From positions 1,770,001-1,802,000 of the forward strand of contig OY780959.1 of NCBI GenBank assembly GCA_963675915.1: a stretch of DNA of 32,000 nucleotides, in the 5' to 3' direction. The notes under the pieces were generated by a model that was not told where the DNA came from, did not search any database, and saw nothing but the letters and a program-made list of their open reading frames with translations. The DNA is from Coprobacillaceae bacterium (lineage in GTDB: Bacteria; Bacillota_I; Bacilli_A; Erysipelotrichales; Coprobacillaceae). The position numbers and the translations under genes were made by a program. Within the stretch, counting starts at the first letter, position 1; each line of letters starts with the position of its first letter. Below, piece after piece: positions 1 to 6,811 of this stretch.

Positions 1-106
1 CTGCCGATAACGATCCTCCCGGGTGTCCGGATGATGCCGCATGAACAGCAGTAACCGCACCTATACGAATCTTATTAGCTACTTTTTGTAATTCTAACTT
101 ATCCAT
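1..106 (-). CDS. Transketolase, N-terminal subunit (5' end only; the gene continues off the left edge)
   Basis: The reverse complement from the ATG at 106-104 reads MDKLELQKVANKIRIGAVTAVHAASSGHPGGSLSA. This contains the SGHPGGSLS thiamine-diphosphate-binding motif typical of transketolase N-termini. A GAGGAG RBS (reverse complement of 111-118) lies about 5 nt upstream. Confidence 0.75.
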   Translation of the reverse strand, partial: MDKLELQKVANKIRIGAVTAVHAASSGHPGGSLSA

Positions 107-223
107 TTCAGTCTCCTCTATATTTTTACCGTAATTTAGATCAGTGCCACTCGAAAACAGCCATTGAGCTGATATATCCATCCCTTTTTCCAAGGGGGCC
201 TCCAAGGGCGCTAAGCATGTAAT

Positions 224-252
224 ATATTAACATAAACCGGCTTGACATTCAA
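224..252 (-). promoter_or_regulatory. Candidate sigma-A promoter for the transketolase gene
   Basis: On the minus strand there is TTGAAT (252-247), a 17-nt spacer and TAATAT (229-224). This would leave a leader of about 110 nt before the ATG at 106. Confidence 0.4.
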
Positions 253-411
253 ACAACTTAAACAACTATTTTCAAATTTTTGAAAAAATTAAAATCTTGC
301 GAATAAATCAGGATAAATTATTAGAAAAATCACCCTGTTGACACTAAATTGGCGGGCTGAAAAGTTGCAATCAACTCGGTTTTGTGCAGTTAATATCCGC
401 CCATGTCCGAT

Positions 412-450
412 GATAAAAAAATAAGGAAGTGATACTATATTATCACTTCC
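412..450 (-). terminator. Intrinsic terminator of the Nudix gene
   Basis: A perfect 10-bp stem GGAAGTGATA/TATCACTTCC (425-450) is followed on the minus strand by a U-run (A-run at 413-421 on the plus strand). The stop codon at 435-437 lies inside the hairpin. Confidence 0.65.
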
Positions 451-890
451 AGCAATTCATCCTTCGAGTAGATGAATTTATAGTCAATCGGCTCTTTCAA
501 GTCACCCTTGATGATCGGTTCAAGAAAATAACGGTCACCGGCCCAGAGATTCAAATCCAGGACTTTATCCTTGTCGACCCAGACCAGATCCCCCTCATCA
601 CACTCATGCATGGTTCCTGAGAATTCCTTGACCAGATAAATGAAAATAAGTTCCGTCTCACAGATATCATTCACAAAGGTAATCATACCCTGATATTTAA
701 GATCGAGGGCATCGAGGTTGGTTTCCTCCTTGATTTCCCGGATGCATCCATCACGAGGGGCTTCATCAGGTTTCAGTTTGCCACCGACTCCGACATACTT
801 TCCCTCATTGATGTCATTTTCCTTTTTGTTGCGATAAAGCATCAGATATTGGCCGTCTTGCTCCAGATAAGCCAAAGTAGTTAATATCAT
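435..890 (-). CDS. Nudix (MutT-like) hydrolase
   Basis: 151-aa ORF with a Nudix box, GGKLKPDEAPRDGCIREIKEETNL (GX5EX7REUXEEXGU pattern). An AGGAGA RBS lies upstream of the ATG at 890. Confidence 0.85.
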   Translation of the reverse strand: MILTTLAYLEQDGQYLMLYRNKKENDINEGKYVGVGGKLKPDEAPRDGCIREIKEETNLDALDLKYQGMITFVNDICETELIFIYLVKEFSGTMHECDEGDLVWVDKDKVLDLNLWAGDRYFLEPIIKGDLKEPIDYKFIYSKDELLEVII

Positions 891-922
891 AATTTCTCCT
901 ATTATCCTGATTATTGAAATTT

Positions 923-960
923 AAAAAAACAAACCCATAAAGTCGCCCTTATAGGTTTGT
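923..960 (-). terminator. Intrinsic terminator ending the polyamine operon
   Basis: On the minus strand, ACAAACC...GGTTTGT stem arms (929-960) are followed by a T7 run (A-run at 923-929 on the plus strand). The element sits directly after the stop at 967. Confidence 0.6.
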
Positions 961-966
961 TACAGG

Positions 967-2076
967 TTAAGATAAGCGGTTTTTGAAATCCTCATAGCCA
1001 AATTCTTTGACCAGTTCGAATTCATCACCATCCTGCAGATAGATCGATGGCAGGTTCATCCCGTTGAAGGTATTGTTTTTCACCATCGTATAGATTGCCA
1101 TATCCTCAAAAACAACTGTATCTCCTACATGCAAAGGTTCATCAAAACTGTAATCGCCGATGATATCCCCGGCCAGACAGGTAGGTCCGCCAAAACGATA
1201 GGTATAAGCCCCCTCAGGATTTTCACCGACAACTCTTGGCCGGTACGGCATTTCGATAACATCCGGCATATGGCACGCCGCCGATGTATCCAGGATTGCA
1301 TTGACGATTCCATGATTGTCATTGAAATCAAGAATAGTTGAATAAAGATCTCCTGCATCAAGCGCAACAGCTTCACCAGGTTCGAGAATCACTTGAACGT
1401 CATACTTTTCTTTGATTTCCCTGATCAGCCTGATTAACAGTTCAAGATCGTAATCATCCTTGGTAATATGATGACCGCCCCCGAAATTGATCCATTTCAA
1501 GTCCGGCAGATATTGGCCGAACTTTTCTTCGAATGCCCGTAAGGTCTTTTCAAGATCTTCGCTTCCCTGTTCACATAAAGTATGGAAATGGAACCCATCG
1601 ATTCCTGAAAGGTCCTTACCTTCGATACTCTCAGCCAAAAGCCCTAGCCGCGATCCAATCGCACACGGGTCATAGATTCCATGATCCTGAGTCGAACACT
1701 CAGGATTGACTCTAAGACCAACCGAAATTTCCGGTGTCAGCATATCTTTGTATCTTTCATATTGACCATAAGAATTGAACACAATATCATTTGAGTATTT
1801 CACAATATCGGCAAACTCATTGGGATAGAAGGCCGGTGAGAAAGTATGGACTTCCTTGTCCATTTCCTCACGCCCCAGCCGGGCTTCATTGATTCCCGAA
1901 GCACAAACTCCGTCGAGATACTCGCCAATCAGCGGGTAAACCCGAAACATCGAGAAACATTTCGATGCCAGCAGGATTTTGCACCCGGTCGCATCTTTGA
2001 CCGACTTTAGAATCTCAAGGTTCTTTTTAAGCCGGTTGAGATCAACAACATAGCATGGTGTTTTCAGTTCATTCAT
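967..2076 (-). CDS. nspC: Carboxynorspermidine/carboxyspermidine decarboxylase (CANSDC)
   Basis: PLP-dependent, alanine-racemase-fold decarboxylase-like sequence with NFGGGHH and a typical MNELKTPCYVVDL N-terminus. I place the start at M19 of the ORF-track entry (ATG 2076), 1 nt after the upstream stop. The longer ORF would overlap the previous gene by 53 nt. Confidence 0.85.
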   Translation of the reverse strand: MNELKTPCYVVDLNRLKKNLEILKSVKDATGCKILLASKCFSMFRVYPLIGEYLDGVCASGINEARLGREEMDKEVHTFSPAFYPNEFADIVKYSNDIVFNSYGQYERYKDMLTPEISVGLRVNPECSTQDHGIYDPCAIGSRLGLLAESIEGKDLSGIDGFHFHTLCEQGSEDLEKTLRAFEEKFGQYLPDLKWINFGGGHHITKDDYDLELLIRLIREIKEKYDVQVILEPGEAVALDAGDLYSTILDFNDNHGIVNAILDTSAACHMPDVIEMPYRPRVVGENPEGAYTYRFGGPTCLAGDIIGDYSFDEPLHVGDTVVFEDMAIYTMVKNNTFNGMNLPSIYLQDGDEFELVKEFGYEDFKNRLS

Positions 2077-2077
2077 T

Positions 2078-3277
2078 TTAATCAACCAGAACTGGATTGA
2101 AGTTTTCAATCCATGGCAGACCGCATTCATTCAGTTTTTCCATGAATGGATCCGGATCCATTTCTTCGACGTTGTAAACTCCCGGTTTTTTCCAGATACC
2201 TTTAAGTACCATCATGGCTCCAATCATTGCCGGAACTCCGGTAGTGTAACTTACAGCTTGCGATCCAACTTCTTTATATGCTTCTTGATGGTCGCAAACA
2301 TTATATAAGTAGTATTTCACTTCTTTTCCGTCTTTTTTACCTTGGAAGATACATCCGATATTTGTTTTACCGACTGTACGAGGTCCCAGTGATGCCGGAT
2401 CTGGCAGGACCGCTTTTAAGAATTGCAGCGGGATGATTTCTTTTCCTTCGAACATGATTGGTTCGATTGAAGTCATTCCGACATTTTCCAGACATTTCAA
2501 GTGAGTCAGGTATGATTGACCGAATGTCATGAAGAAACGGATTCTTTTGATTCCTGGCATGTTGATTCCCAGTGATTCCAATTCTTCGTGGTGAAGCAAG
2601 TACATGTCTTTTTCGCCAACTTGGTCGAAAGTATAAGTACGTTTGATTTCCATCGGTTCAGTTTCGACCCATTCACCGTTTTCCCAGTAACTTCCGTTGG
2701 CTGAAACTTCACGGATATTGATTTCAGGATTGAAGTTGGTCGCGAATGGATACCCATGGTCCCCACCGTTGCAATCCAGAATGTCGATGTAGTTGATTTC
2801 ATCGAAATAATGTTTCAAGGCATAAGCCGAGAACACTCCGGTAACACCCGGATCGAATCCACAACCAAGAATAGCTGTAAGTCCGGCTTCTTCAAATCTT
2901 TCACGGTAATCCCATTGCCATTTGTATTCGAATTTGGCAGTATCTTCCGGTTCATAGTTGGCTGTATCAAGATAATCAACCCCATATTCAAGACACGCAT
3001 CCATGATTGTAAGATCTTGGTATGGCAAAGCCACATTGATACAGATATCCGGTTCGAATTCATTCATCAAAGCGACCAACTCATCAACTTTATTGGCATC
3101 TACAGCAGCTGTAGAGATTTTGGTATCTGTTTTTGCTTCATTTTGTTCTTTAAGCGCATCACATTTGCTCTTAGTTCTTGATGCAATCATTATTTCTGTG
3201 AATACGTCACTGTTTTGGCAACATTTTGCCACTACTACACTGGCAACTCCACCAGCACCGATAATTAAAGCTTTCAT
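2078..3277 (-). CDS. Carboxynorspermidine/carboxyspermidine dehydrogenase (CANSDH; saccharopine dehydrogenase family)
   Basis: The N-terminal Rossmann motif is MKALIIGAGGVASVV. The length (~399 aa) and sequence resemble CANSDH. I moved the start to ATG 3277, which has an AGGAGGAAA RBS (reverse complement of 3284-3292). Its position immediately upstream of nspC is the canonical pairing. Confidence 0.8.
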   Translation of the reverse strand: MKALIIGAGGVASVVVAKCCQNSDVFTEIMIASRTKSKCDALKEQNEAKTDTKISTAAVDANKVDELVALMNEFEPDICINVALPYQDLTIMDACLEYGVDYLDTANYEPEDTAKFEYKWQWDYRERFEEAGLTAILGCGFDPGVTGVFSAYALKHYFDEINYIDILDCNGGDHGYPFATNFNPEINIREVSANGSYWENGEWVETEPMEIKRTYTFDQVGEKDMYLLHHEELESLGINMPGIKRIRFFMTFGQSYLTHLKCLENVGMTSIEPIMFEGKEIIPLQFLKAVLPDPASLGPRTVGKTNIGCIFQGKKDGKEVKYYLYNVCDHQEAYKEVGSQAVSYTTGVPAMIGAMMVLKGIWKKPGVYNVEEMDPDPFMEKLNECGLPWIENFNPVLVD

Positions 3278-3334
3278 TTTTTTCCTCCTGAAATACAATT
3301 TCAAATTAATGTAGGTATAAATTTCCCTGTATTT

Positions 3335-4207
3335 TTAAAGCGTTTCTTCAACCTTGTCTTCGACACTTTTCAGCAAGTCTTCAACATAATTTGGCAAGGC
3401 GAAAGATCCGATATGCAAGTTAGGATTATAGTATCGACAATCGATCTTGTAGTCAAGCCATCTGCTTGGATCCAAGTCGCGAACCGGATGATATTTTTTC
3501 GAAGCGAATCCAAAGAGCCAATGCCCTGATGGATAAGTCGGGATATGGGCCTGGTACACTCGTGCCAGATCAAATGAATCGTAGATCCGACGGTGGGCCC
3601 TGGTTGTAGCTTTGGCATCATTCTTATAGAATGGCGACTCATGCTGATTGACCATGATCCCATCTTCCTTTAAAGCTTTGTAACAATTGCCATAGAATTC
3701 CTTGGTGAAAAGTCCCTCGCCCGGTCCGAAAGGATCGGTACTGTCGACAATGATCAGATCGTAGATGTTCTCCTTGTCGCGAACGAATTTCAAACCATCC
3801 TGAATGTGGATTTTGACCCTTGGCTCATCCAACTTGCTGCTGGTGAGCGGCAAGTATTTGCGGCAGACTTCGATAACTTTCTTGTCGATTTCGACCAGAT
3901 CAATTTCCTCGACCAGGTCATATTTGCAAAGTTCTCTGACAACTCCGCCATCTCCGGCCCCGATCACCAGAATCTTCTTGGCAGCTGGATGTACCGCCAT
4001 TGGCACATGGGTAATCATTTCATGATAGATGAACTCATCTTTTTCGGTAAGCATCATGTAGCCATCCAAAACCAGGAATCGCCCGAATTCATAAGAATCA
4101 AAGACATCGATCCGCTGGTATTTGCTCTTGGAGCTGTGCAGCTGCTTGTTGATCCTTATCGATAACTTCACATTCTTTGTATGTTTCTCACTGAACCAAA
4201 AATCCAT
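3335..4207 (-). CDS. speE: Spermidine synthase family aminopropyltransferase
   Basis: 290 aa, beginning MDFWFSEKHT...YQRIDVFDS..FGR.LVLDG, with a GAGDGG methyltransferase-fold motif and DSTDPFGP. An AAGGAGG RBS lies inside the 3' end of the upstream gene. Confidence 0.9.
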   Translation of the reverse strand: MDFWFSEKHTKNVKLSIRINKQLHSSKSKYQRIDVFDSYEFGRFLVLDGYMMLTEKDEFIYHEMITHVPMAVHPAAKKILVIGAGDGGVVRELCKYDLVEEIDLVEIDKKVIEVCRKYLPLTSSKLDEPRVKIHIQDGLKFVRDKENIYDLIIVDSTDPFGPGEGLFTKEFYGNCYKALKEDGIMVNQHESPFYKNDAKATTRAHRRIYDSFDLARVYQAHIPTYPSGHWLFGFASKKYHPVRDLDPSRWLDYKIDCRYYNPNLHIGSFALPNYVEDLLKSVEDKVEETL

Positions 4208-4210
4208 ATC

Positions 4211-5659
4211 TTAGTCCTCCTTGATGACATTGATATATTCTAAATTCATATCTTCCATTCCCAGCAAAGAACATCCTTTTTCAATCGCATAATCGATATA
4301 GGTGATGATTTCCCGGGTAATGACCTCTCCTGGCGCCAGGATTGGGATTCCCGGAGGGTATGCCATCCAGAATTCACTGGTAACCCGACCAATCGAGTCC
4401 TCCAGTTTCACCGATTCTTTTTCACCATAGAAGGCAACTTGCGGTGAATATTTGACTTGCGGCGAAATGTATTCGTGGGTGAACATCCCGCTCTTGTCCC
4501 GTTTGTAACGGCGGCGGATTTCAGCCAACGCCCCAATCAGACGCTCGATATTCTTGTTGCTGTCACCGACCGAAATATAGGCCAGAATATTACCCAGGTC
4601 GCCAAATTCGATTTGAATGTCATATTCGTCACGCAGGATATCATAAACTTCGATTCCCGCCAGACCGATATCCAGCGTATTGACAGCCAGTTTGGTCCGG
4701 TCGAAATCATAAATTGAATCGCCATTGATAAGCTCGGAACTGTAGGCGTAATAATCGCCGATATCATTTATTTCCTTACGGGCGTATTCTGCCAATTTCG
4801 TTACTTGTTTGAAAATCTTTCTCCCGTTGATTGCGAGATTCTTTCTCGAGATGTCAAGTGAAACCATCAACAGATAAGAACCGGATGTTGTCTGAGTCAG
4901 GTTGATTACCTGGCGGACATAATCATGGTTGACATTCTTTCCGGTTAACAGGAAACTTGACTGCGTCAAAGAACCACCTGATTTATGCATCGATACTGCT
5001 GCAAAATCGGCTCCGGCATCCATTGCTGTAACCGGCATGTTCTTGCCAAAATAGAAATGGGTCCCGTGAGCTTCATCCACAAGCACTTTCATATTGGCTT
5101 CATGTCCCATTTTAGTGATTTCCCTGAGGTTGGAACAAATCCCATAGTAAGTCGGATTATTCACCAGGATTGCTTTGGCATCAGGGTTTTCTTCAATGGC
5201 AATTTTTACATCTTCGATAGTCATTCCCAATGAAATCCCCAGTCGTTCGTTGGTTGAGGGATTGACATATACCGGAATTGCCCCGGTGATGATCAACGCG
5301 TTGATTGCCGAACGGTGGACATTCCTTGGCATGATGATTTTGTCTCCCTGTTTGACAACCGACATTATCATTGCCTGAACGGCGCAGGTCGTTCCGTTGA
5401 CCATGAAAAATGCATGACCGGCCTTGAAGGCTTCAGCCGCAAGTTCTTCAGCTTCTTTGATCACACTGACCGGATGGCAAAGATTATCCAATGGCTTCAT
5501 CGAGTTCACATCGGAGCTTAAGCATTTTTCCCCCAGGAATTTTCTTAATACTTTGTTTCCTTTACCCCGTTTGTGGCCCGGAACATCGAACGGAACAATT
5601 CTGTTGTCCGCAAGTTCTTCCAAAGCATCCAGGATTGGCGCTTTTTCTTGTCTGTTCAA
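4211..5659 (-). CDS. PLP-dependent Orn/Lys/Arg decarboxylase (Bacillus SpeA-like; substrate not determinable from sequence)
   Basis: 482 aa with the PLP-lysine motif SMHKSGGSLTQSS and overall similarity to Bacillus-type arginine/lysine decarboxylases. It has a TTG start at 5659 with a GGAGGG RBS 8 nt upstream, and begins 4 nt after the speD stop. Confidence 0.85.
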   Translation of the reverse strand: MNRQEKAPILDALEELADNRIVPFDVPGHKRGKGNKVLRKFLGEKCLSSDVNSMKPLDNLCHPVSVIKEAEELAAEAFKAGHAFFMVNGTTCAVQAMIMSVVKQGDKIIMPRNVHRSAINALIITGAIPVYVNPSTNERLGISLGMTIEDVKIAIEENPDAKAILVNNPTYYGICSNLREITKMGHEANMKVLVDEAHGTHFYFGKNMPVTAMDAGADFAAVSMHKSGGSLTQSSFLLTGKNVNHDYVRQVINLTQTTSGSYLLMVSLDISRKNLAINGRKIFKQVTKLAEYARKEINDIGDYYAYSSELINGDSIYDFDRTKLAVNTLDIGLAGIEVYDILRDEYDIQIEFGDLGNILAYISVGDSNKNIERLIGALAEIRRRYKRDKSGMFTHEYISPQVKYSPQVAFYGEKESVKLEDSIGRVTSEFWMAYPPGIPILAPGEVITREIITYIDYAIEKGCSLLGMEDMNLEYINVIKED

Positions 5660-5663
5660 TTAG

Positions 5664-6419
5664 TTACCCTCCTATGTTTACCCCGCTGAAAATTTCATGC
5701 ATTTCCAGTTTCAGTTTATCTTCAATTTTCTCTTTAACTTCATCGCTTAAAGAATCCACATCATGTTTGAACAAGTAATCTTTCAATACCAAGTCTTTTA
5801 ATATCAGCCGGGTATGAAAAATATTATACTGATACACATTAACATCGATGGCATTGTATTTTGCCAAAGTTTCGTCCTCGATGAAATCCTGAATTGATCT
5901 GATTTTATGATCCATGTAATGTTTGTCTCCAAAGATATCTCGGGTAAATCCCCGAACTTTATAATCGAGGGTTATGATATCGGAATCAAATGAAGCAATC
6001 AGATAATCAAGAACTGATAGAGGTGTGATTTTCCCACAGGTAGCCACATCGATATCCACCCGAAACGTACTGATGGCATTATCGGGATGGTATTCCGGAT
6101 ACGTATGGACAGTTACATGGGATTTATCCAGATGGGCGACAACGGATTCCGATTGCACCTGAGACTCCTCAGCAATCAGAATAGTAACTGAAGATCCTTG
6201 AGGTTCATAATCCTGTCTGGCAATGTTCAGCACGGTCGCTCCAATCATTTCGGTGACGTTTATTAGAATTTGGGTCAGTCTCTCTGAATTGTATTGTTCG
6301 TCGATATACTCGATATATTCAGCCTGTTCCTGTTTTGAGTTCGCATAACATACATCATATATGTTGAAACTCAACGACTTAGTAAGATTGTTAAATCCAT
6401 ATAATTTCATCTTATCCAT
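5664..6419 (-). CDS. speD: S-adenosylmethionine decarboxylase proenzyme, long (E. coli-type, class 1B) form
   Basis: The N-terminus [22 protein letters not shown] and the self-processing site [14 protein letters not shown] closely resemble E. coli SpeD, where cleavage before the Ser generates the pyruvoyl group. An AGGAG RBS lies 9 nt upstream. Confidence 0.92.
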   Translation of the reverse strand: MDKMKLYGFNNLTKSLSFNIYDVCYANSKQEQAEYIEYIDEQYNSERLTQILINVTEMIGATVLNIARQDYEPQGSSVTILIAEESQVQSESVVAHLDKSHVTVHTYPEYHPDNAISTFRVDIDVATCGKITPLSVLDYLIASFDSDIITLDYKVRGFTRDIFGDKHYMDHKIRSIQDFIEDETLAKYNAIDVNVYQYNIFHTRLILKDLVLKDYLFKHDVDSLSDEVKEKIEDKLKLEMHEIFSGVNIGG

Positions 6420-6440
6420 TAAACCTAAACTCCTAACATT

Positions 6441-6513
6441 AAAAATAGGATGGAGGGACCACTGTTCCCGTCACATCCTTTTTATCATTGTAAAAAGGCT
6501 ATAAATGTGCCTT
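6441..6513 (-). promoter_or_regulatory. Structured speD leader: overlapping hairpins ending in a terminator-like stem plus U-tract just upstream of the RBS
   Basis: On the minus strand there are three hairpins. H1 is AAGGC-N9-GCCTT (6513-6495). H2 is CCTTTTT-N8-AAAAAGG (6498-6477). H3 is GGATG..GGGA-loop-TCCC..CATCC (6478-6448), followed by UAUUUUU (6447-6441). H1/H2 share 4 nt and H2/H3 share 2 nt. Confidence 0.35.
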
Positions 6514-6548
6514 AAAACTAATATTGATAAGCAGTTGTTTCTTACACA

Positions 6549-6577
6549 AATATAACATTTATAATGAAATTTGTCAA
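6549..6577 (-). promoter_or_regulatory. Candidate sigma-A promoter of the polyamine operon
   Basis: On the minus strand there is TTGACA (6577-6572), a 17-nt spacer and TATATT (6554-6549), about 125 nt upstream of the speD ATG. Confidence 0.45.
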
Positions 6578-6779
6578 TTGAACCGCCAAGTTCAAATCAT
6601 CACAATATTGCGATAAATTCGAATTAATTCCCAAGTGAAACCAACTATGAACTTAGGTTTGAGAGTCAACATGTTTTCAAGTTGAACAAGCCACCTGGAA
6701 CTCTGCCTGATTTAGTATTATCCAAATTCATTTTGCATTCCTATTATAACGATTTTCTACTATTTTACAATGATTTTTT

Positions 6780-6811
6780 AAAAAAAGAATAGACCGTTTC
6801 GGTCTATTCTT
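6780..6811 (-). terminator. Intrinsic terminator of lon
   Basis: An 11-13 bp perfect stem AGAATAGACCG/CGGTCTATTCT (6786-6810) is followed on the minus strand by U7 (A-run at 6780-6786). The lon stop codon (6804-6806) is inside the stem. Confidence 0.7.

Noticed and set aside
429-620. A 63-aa plus-strand ORF overlapping the 3' half of the Nudix gene.
   Set aside because: It is antisense to a Nudix ORF with an intact Nudix box, it starts inside the Nudix terminator hairpin, and it has no RBS.
2077-2130. N-terminal extensions suggested by the longest-ORF calls: nspC to 2130, CANSDH to 3304, lrgB to 12421, MarR to 12890, the binding protein to 27738, the permease to 28658, feoB to 31551 and feoA to 31798.
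   Set aside because: In each case an internal ATG has a proper Shine-Dalgarno sequence at 5-10 nt, removes the overlap with the upstream gene and restores the family-typical N-terminus (Rossmann GAGG, lipoprotein signal peptide, G1 motif and so on). I used the shorter starts.
6600-6780. A second possible promoter far upstream of speD (minus-strand TTGTAA-16-TATAAT around 6735-6765) and a long AT-rich 5' region of about 360 nt.
   Set aside because: The hexamers are plausible. However, AT-rich intergenic DNA produces many such matches, and the site sits immediately after the lon terminator. I kept only the better TTGACA-17-TATATT candidate as a feature. 5' mapping is needed to decide.
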